Positions 47,440 through 59,542 of a stretch of DNA of 64,000 nt are shown piece by piece. The first letter of the stretch is position 1. Each line of letters begins with the position of its first letter. This DNA comes from Malacoraja senta (Eukaryota): contig JAXLNO010003758.1 of assembly GCA_038087875.1 (NCBI GenBank), positions 62,001 through 126,000 of the forward strand. Direction: 5' to 3'. The notes under the pieces were generated by a model. That model had not been told where the DNA came from. It was given only the letters and a program-made list of their open reading frames with translations, and searched no databases. The position numbers were made by a program, and so were the translations under genes.

Positions 47440-48908
47440 TAATAATAATAATATAATTTTAATTGTCATTCAAATATACACATAGACACAGTGCACATTG
47501 AACGAAATTTCGTTGCATTGACTCTTCCAAGTAGCAGCAGAATATACCATTTATATCAGGCGGTCAGTAAAAATGCTTAGTGTGTCCATAAAAAGTGCTT
47601 TATGTGCATAGTTAAAAAAGGAACGTTTTTAAAAAGTGGCAATGTATAAGACAGTTTTTTGCATCGGTTTGATTGTGAGTTCAATAATCTTATGGCCTGG
47701 GGGATGAAACTGTTGCAGAACCTGGTTGACCGGCCCTTCATGCTGCAGTACCTCCTCCCAGAGTTCAGCAGTGTAAACAGTCCATATTGTGGGTGTGTGG
47801 GGGCTCTGGTAATGCCCTTAGCTCTTGACAGACAGCGTTTGTAACCAATGTCCATGATGGAGGGAAGAGAAGTCCCAATGATTTTTTCCGCTGTCCTCAC
47901 CACTCTCTGAAGGCACTTCCAGTCCGCAGCTGTACAGCCGCCGCACCACACAGAGATGCAGCTGGTCATGACTGATTCAATGGTGCTTCTGTAGAATGTG
48001 GTGAGGATGGGAGGGTGGAGGTGTGATCTTCTCATCCTGCGGAGGAAGTACAAACGCTGTTGTGCCCGTTTTACCAGAGATGTGATGTTAGTAGCCCAAG
48101 TTAAGGTATCCGTTATATGCACACCCAGGAACTTGATGCTTTTCACCTGCTCCACTGCTAAGTTGTTAATGCACAGTGGAGTGTGACTGGGCTGATTTTT
48201 CTTTCTGAAATCGACGTCAATCTCCTTGGTTTTGTCCACATTTAGGAGAAGGTTGTTCCTGCTGCACCAGCTGCTCCACCTCCTCTCTGTATGCCTGGTT
48301 GTCGTTGTTGCGTATGAGGCCCACTACTGTTGTGTCAATAGCGTATTTGATGATATGGTTAGTAGTGGACTTGGCGACACAGTCATGTGTCATCAATGTG
48401 AAGAGCAGCGGACTCAGGACACAGCCCTGAGGGGAGCCGGTGCTCAGTGTGATGACCGAGGAGGTGTTCTTTCCCACCCGCACAGACTGGGGTCTTTCAG
48501 AAAGGAAATCCAGGATCTAGTTGCATAGTGTGGTATTGAATCCTAGGGGTGCCAGTTTGCTCACCAGATGCTGGGGGATTATCGTATTGAATGCTGAGCT
48601 GAAGTCAACAAACAGCATCCGCACATTGGTGTTCTTCACCTCCAGGTGTTGTAGGCTCAGGTGGACTGCAGAGGAGATAGCATCCTCTGTGGAGCGGTTC
48701 GGGCGATAAGCAAACTGGAATGGGTCAAAACTGGGGGGTAGTTTAGAGACCATGTGCTGCTTAATAAGCCTCTCAAAGCACTTCATTATTATTGGTGTGA
48801 GTGCTACGGGGCGGTAATCATTCAGGCAGGTTATTGTAGACTTTTTGGGAACTGGTATGATGGTGGCTGTCTTGAAACATGATGGAACAATGGCCTGGTT
48901 CAGGGAGG
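47440..48908 (-). mobile_element. Rex1/Babar-type LINE RT plus 3' end
   Basis: [34 protein letters not shown]; [11 protein letters not shown]; [11 protein letters not shown]; (ATT)n tail. Confidence 0.92.
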
Positions 48909-48924
48909 TGGCCCATAGTGTAAT

Positions 48925-49140
48925 GGCCCTGTCTCACGGTGCGAGTTGACCCACGAGGTACCCCGAGTGAAAGACTCGTGGTTGTGTACGAGATTCCAAG
49001 TGTATGATCAAGAATTTAACCGAGTTCCTACGGGTATGACTACGTTTGCCGTTAACTTGTCATTTTTGCGATGTTCCAAGTTCGTGTCCCGAGTTACCAA
49101 GTTCCTCTCCCGAGTTACTCTTGAGCCAAACGTGAATGAA
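48925..49140. mobile_element. Harbinger-like MITE end
   Basis: GGCCCTGTCTCACGGTGCGAG..; reverse complement recurs at 59266-59300. Confidence 0.55.
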
Positions 49141-49167
49141 GGTCTGTTTTAATAAGCAACAGTGTTA

Positions 49168-49260
49168 CTGAAGAAGGGTTTCGACCCGAAACGTCGCATA
49201 TCTCTTCTCTCCATAGGTGCTGCCTCACCCGCTGAGTTTCTCCAGCATTTTTTGTTTGCC
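49168..49260 (+). repeat. Penelope pLTR-derived repeat with intact hammerhead core (GUC site)
   Basis: CTGAAGA-A-GGGT-TTCG-ACCC-GAAAC-GTC at 49168-49195. Confidence 0.8.
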
Positions 49261-50184
49261 TTTGCATATTTACAAGCCTTGTTATCACCATTTTTAAACA
49301 AAACAATATTCATGCTCAACATTATGTTTATCGAAGTACGTTCACTGTACTTCCTTTACTGTAATAGACGTTGGAACCTCCTGAGTTTGTGATGGGCGCT
49401 ATTTAAATACAGGGATGTCTCTTCATTGCTGGACGTTTTTCCCTGTAACATATTTAATAGAATTTAAACTTTATAATTAAACTATTCGCATCCGCATATA
49501 AAATCTGAATTAAGCCGAATTACTCATTGAACTGGCAATCGTGACATGAAAGCCATAAAGACGGAAATGGCAGACACAGACGCAGAATATTTGTATCTGC
49601 ATTGCATTTACGTGCAGTTCATTTGGACCACAGTCTATGGCCCTTCCGCTGCAGGGTATTGAAATGGGGACACCCGTCAGACAAGGGTAGGGATATCACC
49701 CTAAGGGGCACATAGCGACAAGAGAGTTTTGTTTAAATATAGATGGAAACACTCCTAAGTATGACACTATTGAATGTATAGACACTGATAATGCATTGCA
49801 CTGTTTTTGTTTTATGCACATTTCTTATTCTGAGTAAAGTTTATTTTAGAAAAATATCAAAGGCATTAACCACTGAGAATCTATGAAAAGATTTCACACG
49901 GTTTTTGTTTTATACATATTTTTATTCAGGAGAAACATTATTTTTGAAATTACACATGGCATTGGTATTGCATATCCTGTACATCTTTTTATGAATAAAG
50001 TTTAAAAAAAAAAAAAAATCCACTGAAGGCACTGTTGTGTTTTTAAATTGATCTCAGTAACTGCAGGAGCATTTGTTAATGAAACAACATTCTCAAGTAT
50101 CTTAATAATAAACCACGGTTTAAGTTTTCGCAAAAGCCTTTAGGAATGACAATAACTATTTCATTTAAAGGATAACCTTTCAAA

Positions 50185-50656
50185 TACTGACCGTTAATAA
50201 GGACGTAATAAATTTAAGCTGGAGTAAGCAATCCTTGGGTCTTCTCCGCCGTCCAGGTAGATCACGGCTGATCTAGTTTCTTCTTCATAGTGTGTGGAGC
50301 TCCGTCCGGCGCGGTCTGTTGGCTTGGAAGCCGCGGTCTTCGGTGGGAAGGTCGTCGTTCCTGGAACCCCAAGCCGCTGGGGGTTCTCCCGACGCCGGAG
50401 CACCATCACCCGGCGAGAACATCGGGCGCTGTGGCGGCGACTGTGGAGGCCTCAGTGGGCCCGACTCTGGGTGGACAAGAGGATGGGGACTGGACTTTGT
50501 GCCTTCCCCCACAGTGGTTCCCACTGTGGAGGGATGTTTTGGTGTTGAACTTATTTTTAATACTGTGTTGTATTTTATTAGTGTGCTGCAAGGACATCTG
50601 AATTTCCCCTGAATAAGGGGATTAATAAAGTCTAATTCAATTCAATTCAATTCAAT
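50185..50656 (+). mobile_element. GC-rich SINE-like element with (ATTCA)n tail
   Basis: GC-rich body, GGATTAATAAAG then AATTC repeats. Confidence 0.55.
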
Positions 50657-51404
50657 ATGATATCCTATGAATTGATAACGAGTTTTCCAGGCGAAGCAGC
50701 ACTTTTGCAATATCCGTTGCAGAAACAGGGGGTGCGCAGTTTAATATTACCTGCACCCTATAATCAGTGACTGGATTCTTGCTTTTCAATCAAAATAAGA
50801 AAGCACCACGTTAATTCACGAGAAAGTACATTGCAAAGCTCGATTCTACAAATATAGCAAACTCTCAAAATATTGTTCCTTTGTCTACAGTTTATAGTCT
50901 TTAACTATTTATTTTTTTAACTGTGGTCTAATGTATTAAACTATTGGTAAAAAAAACAACCAAAGGAAATATGCAGGATTATGTCACTTTTTAACATCTG
51001 CTGGCAGAAAATATATTTACTACTCTACATATATTTATCAAAAAAAATAAGTGTACTCTACTATATGTAGAGTAGTAAATATATTGTAAATATTTTATAA
51101 ATGTCACTTGCTGTAGAATTTTGTTCAGAAATAATTAAAATAGCAAGTGAAATGTAGTTATATTGCCAGGGAACAGCTTAAAATTGCTTGCTAAATTTAG
51201 GTTAGCAATAAAACACAGCAACGATTCAAATAAATTATTTCATTATTGTCACGTGTAAAAGCTTTGTTTTGCATACTATCTTATCAGATGGATAGCATCG
51301 GTTTGGAAGGATATGGGCCATACGCTGGCATGTGGGGCGCCATGTTCGGCATGGAGAAATTGGACCAAATAAGCTGTTTCCGTGTTGTATGACTGACTCG
51401 ATGA

Positions 51405-54130
51405 GTAGCAATGTTACAACATTTTGAGATTTAAAAAATCAAGTCTGTAATTTATCCCCTCAGATAAAGCATAAAAAGACGTTTAATTTGACACCTAATT
51501 CACTTTCATATCTTCAGTATTAAAAAAGCTATGGCCATTTTCATACTCGGAAATTATCATCTTGTTCCCTATTGCTTTTCCATTGACTTAACACAAAAGC
51601 TGTGATCGAGGACAGTCAAAAGCCCATAACTTTCTTAAAAATTAAGAGAACTGAAAGAAATTTTCAGTTATTATAGATTGAAGCATTCTGAAACAAATAT
51701 AATAATAATAATATCTTTTATTGTCATTGCACGTCAGTGCAACGAGATTTAGTATGCAGCTCCACCGATGTACAAGAAAAGTAAAATAAATAAACCATGT
51801 GAGGTCCTCTGAAATGTGAGTGCCCAGAAACTTAAAGCTGGACACTCTCTCCACACTTTCCCCGTAAATGGAGATTGGGGCGTATTCACCATTATGGGAC
51901 CTCCTGAAGTCAATAATCAGCTCCTTGGTCTTGGAGGTGTTTAGTGACAAGTTGTTATGAGCGCACCAGTCCGCCAGGTTCTGCACCTCCGCTCTGTATT
52001 TTGTTTCATCACTGTTGGTGATCACCGTTGGTGTCGTCTGCAAACTTCACGATGGTGTTGGTGTTGAATGCAGGGACACAGTCGTGAGTGAAGAGGGAGT
52101 AGAGCATGGGGCTTAGTACACAGCCCTGTGGTGCTCAGGGTGATAGTGGAGGACAGGTGCGGGCCCAGTCTCACTGCCTGCGGTCGTTCCGTCAGAAAGT
52201 TCAAGATCCAATCGCATATCGAGTTTGGTGGTGAGCTTGGGTATTGATGACCGGTATTGAATGCAGAGCTATAGTCAATGAAGAGCTTCCTCACATACGT
52301 GCCCTGTCTGTCCAGGTGAGTCAGGACAGTGTGAAGAGCCAGAGAGATGGCATCCCCTGTATGCAAATTGATGGGAGTCCAGTGAGGCAGGGATGCTGGA
52401 TTTGATATGGGAGAGGACCAGCCTTTTGAAGCACTTCATTGGGGTTGGAGTTAGGGCAACCGGGCGGTAGTCGTTCAGGTTGGTGACTTTGGACTTTTTC
52501 GGCACCGGCACTATGGTGGCTGTTTTCAGGCACTTGGGGACCGTTGCCAGAGATAGAGACAGATTGAAGATTCTCGTGAATACCTCCGCCAGCTGTACAG
52601 CACAGTCCTTTAGTACCCTTCCCTGGACTCCATCCGGGCCTGCAGCCTTGCGTGGATTAATCCTACGCAGAGCGCACTGTACCTCCTGGGTGCTCAGTGT
52701 TAAGGCCTGTCCCTCCGCCATGGCCGGGGTTATTCCACTCCTGGTGGTGTTGCCAGTTTCGAACCGGGCAAAGAAGGTGTTTAGTTCGTTGGCCAGTGTG
52801 ATATCACCGTGGGGGCAGGCGGGGCTGCTCTTGTAGTCGGTGATGTCCCTGACACCCTGCCACATGCTTCTGGTGTCCGCGGTGTGGAAGTGGTCTTCTA
52901 CCCTTTGCCTGTGGATGTCTTTGGCCTTTTTTGTGCCTCTGTTCAGGTTCGACCTGGCCGCACTGTAAGCAGAAGTGTCCCTGGATTTAAAGGTATTGTT
53001 GCGTGCCTTTAGCATATCCTGAACCTCCTTGTTCATCCAGGGTTTCCGGTTTGGGAACATCTTTATTTGCTTGTCCACTGTGACAGTCTCCGCACAGCAA
53101 TTGATGTAGGAGAGCACAGTGGAAGTGTACTCCTCCAAGTCTACCTCTGTACCACTGGTAGCCTGTTGTGCAAACAGGTCCCAGTTGGTGCGATCAAAGC
53201 AGTCCTGGAGTTGTAGGGTGGCGTCCTCGGGCCATATTTTGACCGTCCTTATTGCAGGTTTGGTCTTGCGGATGAGGGGTTTGTATGCAGGCAGTATAAA
53301 CAGTGAGAGGTGATTGGATTGTCCCAGGGATGGGTGGGGGAGAGCTCTGTATGCGTCCTTGATGTTGGTGTACACTTTATCCAACGTGTTTGAGCCCCTG
53401 GTAGGGCACTGCACATGCTGGTGGAATTTGCGGACAATCTTACTTAGATGACATGAAATTAAAGCATATAATTAGTTAGTACCTAATTGTAGCTAATTAC
53501 AAAATTCAATTACTAGATCTAAACATCTTATCAATTTCTTAAGAATAGATTAACATTTTTAAATAGCCTAAGTGTCCAAATAACATTCACACAAGAATTC
53601 ACAATATAACATCATTTTTAAATCTCATTGTCATGGATTTATAGGCCAAATGGAACGAATACCTGTAATGTTTAATACCTGTAAATTAATGGGCATTTAA
53701 ATCATCTTGCGAGTGGGTTTTTCTGGAACGCGATCATTTGGAACGTTGATTTGCGGTGAATTTAACCCCGTATCGGCATGAAAAATACTGCCATTAGTTC
53801 GGGGAAAAGAATCACCTTTTCGCAAATTAAAATGTGAATTAAAGGCCTCTTAAGGAGCACTTTTATACATAAAATAAACTGCTTTCGTTTACCTGTCCCG
53901 TGCGTGAAATCCGTCCCCGTTGTCGGCGTTGACGGCTTCAGAAGCTGATTTTAAAATGACTCCAGCGCTGAACTTGTCGGGAGATTTTTAAAACAAAATA
54001 CACATAACGCCCATCGGAACGATTCTTCAGCAAAAGCTGGCACTCCAACGAAATATAATTCAGGACAAGGTAGGAGAAACCCGCGTTTTAACCCCTTCAA
54101 AGGCGGCAAAATAGCGCACACAGCTAGAGG
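51405..54130. mobile_element. Second copy of the 4031-5073 MITE, split by a Rex1 LINE and lacking the right TIR
   Basis: Homology over 51405-51700 and 53434-54130. Confidence 0.88.
51701..53433 (-). mobile_element. Rex1/Babar-type LINE (EN C-terminus, RT, (TAT)n tail), internally deleted
   Basis: [43 protein letters not shown]; KTKELIIDFRR. Confidence 0.92.
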
Positions 54131-54200
54131 CAAAAGTGGATGTAGTGTATCTAGACTGATGTCAAAATACCGTGGCTGGATTTATTAATTAAACGGAGCT

Positions 54201-54227
54201 CTGATGAAAGAACGCACTCGAAACGTT
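54201..54227 (+). other. Isolated hammerhead-like motif of a second sequence family
   Basis: CTGATGA-AAGAACGCACTC-GAAACGTT; stem II is only about 2 bp. Confidence 0.45.
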
Positions 54228-54475
54228 AATCCAACACGGTAGACTAGTAAGATTAAACGAGAACTTACCTAAGTTTGAAGTTTGATCTTTATTTTATGAG
54301 GAGTTACGTAGGTGATTACGTGAAGAAGCCCGTCAGTGCGCCTACGCGTCAATCTTCAAAGCAGCGGTGTAAAATCACAAAAAACAAAAAACCGAAGTAA
54401 TATAGTCTCATACTAAAACGAGTAATACAAGAACTTCCATCTGACCTTTATGATAGAGGGTAGGGTCGTGGCGGG

Positions 54476-54588
54476 CACGTAATCACCTACGTAACTCCTC
54501 ATAAAATAAAGATCAAACTTCAAACTTAGGTAAGTTCTCGTTTAATCTTACTATTTTACTTCGGAGTCACGTGAGTGACTACGTGAAG
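54476..54588. repeat. DIRS internal complementary region
   Basis: 54476-54553 is the exact reverse complement of 54245-54322 (78 bp); 54554-54588 is the exact reverse complement of 58992-59026 (35 bp). Confidence 0.95.
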
Positions 54589-54757
54589 ATTTTAAAGCTT
54601 TGTGATTTCTGGCCGTGGATCAATCCCGGCTTCTCACTGCATAGATTGACTCGGAACGAGAATAATCAATCATGCATTCATAATAACATTTGTACCACAA
54701 ATGCAGTAATTCATTTCAAGAATGAAATGAATCAGATCCCCTTTAAACCAGAGGAAT

Positions 54758-55609
54758 TTACACAGAACTTAAAATAGTTTCTGCAAACAACCCCGCATTA
54801 ACAATAGGCCGATGGTAAAAATGTTGAAACATCAACTCATTGGACCACCCGGCGGCTGCGAGGATATGGTCGACGGGGCCGTCTTTTGCCCTGGCCGCTG
54901 ACATTTCTGCTGCCCTAGCCGAGTGAGACGTAAAAACATAAGTGTTAATACCAGCAGCTGTTAAGACTTCTTTTATCCATCTGGAAATAGTCTGTATTGA
55001 AACTCTCTTGTGTGGTTTCTTGTGTGTGATCAAAAACCCAGTTTCCGTATTCTCAAATTCTTTGTGACCTCAATGTATTGTAATAAATATGTCTTAATAC
55101 AAAGACCTGGATCATTTGGATATGCTGCCAGCATAATTTTAAATCCTGTCACACCTGGCCTAATTTGCTTTATTAGATCATAGATATAGAATGTAACCTT
55201 GTCTTCAGTTACTTCCATACTATCTATTTGTAATTTTGCACTCGTTGTGCTGTCACTCATGACATAAACATGAATACTTTCATACTGAGCTTGACCAAAG
55301 GTAAAGACACACTTGATAACCATCACGAAGTAGTTTCAGTACCACACTTACATCCCAGATTTTCACGTACCTAGGTTTCGGTGGTTTGGAATTAAAGATT
55401 CCTTTCATTATTCTGGAAACAATTGGGTATGACCCAATTGAGTTTCTTTCTGAATCCAGAACCAAATATGAGGACAATGCACTTCTGGCTGAATTAATTA
55501 CACTACAACTCAGACCTTCATCATAATAAAGTTTTGACAGAAATTCTAAACATTTGAAATATCTGCAGTACTTTATTGCACATTCTTTTGTACCCAGAAC
55601 TTTTCCCAT
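54758..55609 (-). pseudogene. DIRS tyrosine recombinase, frameshifted
   Basis: SVINSARSALS, KPPKPRY..WDV, RWIKEVL..AGI, HSARAA, AAGWS. Confidence 0.9.
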
Positions 55610-55726
55610 TTCTTAATATAAGAAAGGTACTGTTTTTGAGTGCTCTTCCTCCAGGCTGCCGTAAGCATGTCCACAGTATGCTCAGACAGTCCTCGTCCCA
55701 GAAAAGGCATTCTTAAAACCTGCAAA

Positions 55727-57392
55727 TCAACAAATCCAAACGATCATATAATGGATGTTGTTCCCCTGTACAGGGAGCAGCAATAAATTACTCTTTTTTG
55801 GGACTTTCATCAACATTTGTGTTGTTAATTCTAATATCAACGGATACCATGGCTGTGTAGGCCAATCTGGTACTACCAATACCCTTGAAGCAGCATCTTG
55901 CCTGATTTTAAGCAAACATTGGCTTATGAGGCAGAAAGGTGGAAATATATATGAAAACATACCACCCCAATGTAGCAAGAAAGCATCAATCGCCACTGCT
56001 CCTGGATCTGGTTTCCATGAGACATATCTCGATAGCTGATGATTCAAGTCGATGTCGGTCATTCCAAATCTGATGACTATATCATTGAATACCTCTTGAT
56101 TCAACATCCATTCTTTATTATCATGGAACTTTTCGTGACTTGGTGTCTGCTATCGTTCATTCTACCTGGTAGATAGATAGCTAAAATCCAAATGTTCTTT
56201 TCAATACACCAAGCCCAAAGTTGATTAACCATTTTGTCACAAGACACCGACTTAATTCCATATCATTAATATAAACAACTACTGTTGTGTTATCAATTTG
56301 AACTTGAACATGCTTATTAGTTGTGTTAGAACAATAAGCTTGGAGCCCATAGAAACATCCTAGAAGCTCCAAATAGTTAATTCCCCATGTCTGCAGTAAT
56401 CAATGACTCTTCCTGATTCCATCTGCCTCCTCAGCTAGACGTTAAGTCAGTTGCACCCCCTGCTGGTGCACTGGCATCAGTTTGTAATATCATGGAAGGT
56501 TGTTCAATCAGCACTTTGCTGGAACTGCTTGAGACATGTAGAATCCACCACTGCAGACCAGAAACAGCATTTGTTGTTAGTTGCATGGTTCTATCAAAAT
56601 GACCAACATGTATTCTCGGTGCCTGTTCTTTAAGTCTCTGCAGCTGTTGATAATGTAATGGTCCAAATTGGACTGCTGGGAATGCTGCTACTAATTTTCC
56701 CAGTACACGAGCCACCTGTCTAATTGAAGGTTTTTGCTCGTTTAGGAGATTACTGCAATCTTTAATCAAATCCACCCTTTTCCCTGGGCAAAGTGATATT
56801 CATTTGGACTGAATCAATTGTGAACTCCAAATAATTAATAGAGGTACATGGTGTTAACCTAGATTTCTGTGGATGAATTAGAAACCCCAACTTTTCAAAA
56901 GTTGATTTCACAACTGCAACAGATACTTCTGTTGACTGTTTTGTCTTTCCTATAATCAAGACATCATCCAAATATGCCATTAGTACATGCCCCTGGCTAC
57001 TCAGCAAGCCCAGAATTGGTTTTAACAATTTTTGTGAATATTCTGAGTGCAGATATTAACCCATTAGACAGAGCTTTGAACTGCCACAACTGGTTCATCC
57101 ATTTAAATTTAAGATACTTCCTATCTTGTGAATGAACAGACACTGAATAATATGCATCTTTCAAGTCTATAGTTGCCATATAACATGCTTCTGAAATAAG
57201 CTGTTTGGCAGTCACAAATGTTTCCATTTTAAAATGTCTAAATTGCACAAAAGGATTCAGATTTATCAAATCTACAAGAATCCTACATCCTCCATCCTTT
57301 TTTGATCGAGGGAATATTTTTGACATAAATTGGTGACTTTGGTAGACTGATTTTTCAATAACCCCTTTTTTTATATAGGGTTTCAATTGCAA
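55727..57392 (-). pseudogene. DIRS RT-RNase H-methyltransferase-like ORF, multiply disrupted
   Basis: IDLKDAYY, LSNGLISA.RIFTK, YLDD, LGKL, DAS, ELLG, DN, FPPF. Confidence 0.9.
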
Positions 57393-59026
57393 CCTGAACC
57401 TCCATCACTTCTTTTTGTACAAAGTGCAGAGTTCGGCTAGGAACATGCTGAACAGGCAAATCATAATTTGGATTGAATTCAATTCGAAATCCTTGTATAT
57501 TATTCAGGATTACCACATCTGAAGTAATTTTCTTCCAATTATTATAGAAGAAATGTAACCTGCCTCCAACTTTTGGACTTAATCCAGTTAGTATGTTCCC
57601 ATGAGAACCAGGTCCACCTACCTCTTGAGTCATTTCAGTACCCTGAGATTCCTGGGTTCTCCCGGAAGCACGCCCACTGGTTCTTGCTCCCGCTGCAGGC
57701 CGCCAACTACGTCCCTGCGTTGATGAGCGACTTGGTCCAGGATCCGTATGACGTCTGAAAGGATACTTCCTCTTTACAGACTTCACAACCATTGATGTCT
57801 TCATCAATCCTGTTTTCGCTTCATCTTCCAACTCTTTAATACGTCTCCCGAGATCTCTCCAAAGAGTAAGTTGGGTAATTTGTATATTACTTGGTTTGCA
57901 GAGTGCTGCGAATTTCGGATTCATAGTAGACCGTATAGCACTTCTCGAAGTGGGTGCTGCATAGCAACCCCAGTGCTTGCTGATGCAACTTCGTCATCTT
58001 TTGGTTGTTACCTGCTATTCTGGTAAAAGCAGTTATTTCAGAACCCAGCAGCTTTAATATTCTCTGCAACTGATTCCAGATACTCTTGCAGTCTCATCCA
58101 TTTCATGCTGTTCCAGCTAATGGTAAACCAAGTAATTTATTAAGGAGGCCAGTTTTTCCTAATGGCTCTCCTGACCCTGACGGGGCAGCGAATCCTACTA
58201 CCAGGGTTGGAACATCTGGCAGCTGCTTTCATCGCCTTGTACAGCCTCACCGTCAGAGTCGGGGTCTGAAATCTCATGACCCGTAGCACGCTCCTCATTC
58301 CTGAGGGTGCATTCCATCAGCCCTGAGCCAGGTGCTGTTAAGCTGCTCCTGCAGCTTGGATTACAGTACACTCCTTCCTGAGTGAACTTTTGCTCCAACA
58401 ACCTATGAAAAAGGCTTCTATTTGGGCAATACGCTCGAAAGCAGTATCTAGCCCTGTACCAGGAGCTGTTTGAGCTGTTTCCAGCAGCTTGGCTTTCAGA
58501 ACACTCCTCACTGAGTGAACGTTGCTCCAACAGCCTGTGTAAAAGGCTTTCTATTTGGGCAATACGCTCTAAAGCAGTATCTAGCCCTGGAGCTTCTTCA
58601 TTGCCTGGGACTCCCTCCATTGGGATTTAAACTTTGTCTTTTGCCCGACAGGCGCTGACAGTGTTTTCACCAGCCCCAGGTCCACAGTCGCTATGCTCAC
58701 CACTGGCGACTGTACCGGGGTTTAGAGGCGGTTGGTCTCTAACCGCGGACTCCCGACTTTCCCGACTTCTGTCGGCTATGTCGCTCGCCTCTTCCCCCTG
58801 TCCGTTTTTTCCCATGGCGTCTGTGGAAAAAATCGCCATAGACCCACAGTAAACGGACCTGGAAAACCTGTAAAAAAGTTTTTACTTACCTTGTAGTTGA
58901 AAAACTACAAACCACTCGAGGAGCACTGCTCCTCACGTCCGTTTGCGTCAAGGCGTCTGACGTAATGACGCGCAGGCGCACTGACGGGCTTCTTCACGTA
59001 GTCACTCACGTGACTCCGAAGTAAAA

Positions 59027-59305
59027 TCAAGAGTCACTAAGTTTAACTCGAGGGCCACCAAGTTCTTACAATTGTTTCAATTTTTAACCTCAAGAGTAAA
59101 TTTTACTCGTGGAAAACTTTAAACATGTTTGAACTTTTTCAACAGTTAACAAGCTTCACGGGTACCTGCCGTTAGCGCCACGAGTCGCTAAGTTGCGTCC
59201 ACAAGTTCCGACGTTCCCACTACGTTAATTGTAAGTGATTACCACGAGTTAAATTTGTTTTAAGCTCGGGGTACCTCGTGGGTCAGCTCGCACCGTGAGA
59301 CGGGT
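59027..59305. mobile_element. Harbinger-like MITE end (same family as 48925)
   Basis: CTCGGGGTACCTCGTGGGTCAGCTCGCACCGTGAGAC. Confidence 0.55.
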
Positions 59306-59542
59306 TTAACTGTTTAATTGAGAGGGAGGGGGAGAGAGGGAGGGGTAGAGGGGGAGAGAGGGAGGGGTAGAGGGGGAGAGGGAGGCCTTCAGATGAAATT
59401 TAGCATTGTTGGTAGGTGTTGTAGGGAATTTTGAAAATGTTAAGTAAGATAAGTAGGAACTCGCATACTGGGAAGCATGGTGTGGACAATGGCCAAGAAT
59501 GTAGTCAGACTAGCAAAGCTGAATCATTTTGCTGAAAAGCAG

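Larger units (their letters stand above)
54245..59026 (-). mobile_element. DIRS1-like tyrosine-recombinase retrotransposon with both termini and ICR
   Basis: gag, RT (YLDD as AYLDDVLI), RNase H (QTDAS, QIDNTTVV), methyltransferase-like (IDL.., YIFPPF, VPDWPTQPWY), YR (HSARAA, AAGWS, FYHRP). ICR 54476-54588 is complementary to both ends. Confidence 0.95.

Noticed and set aside
49900-49908. RSS nonamer GGTTTTTGT
   Set aside because: No CACTGTG heptamer at 12- or 23-bp spacing and no J-like FGxG/WGxG frame. Isolated heptamers near 26105 and 33321 also lack nonamers.
49380-51300. Possible downstream exons for the 46995 start (e.g. NRDMKAIKTEMADTDAEY near 49540; acceptor at ~50690)
   Set aside because: No convincing acceptor/donor pair with a coherent reading frame could be established by eye.
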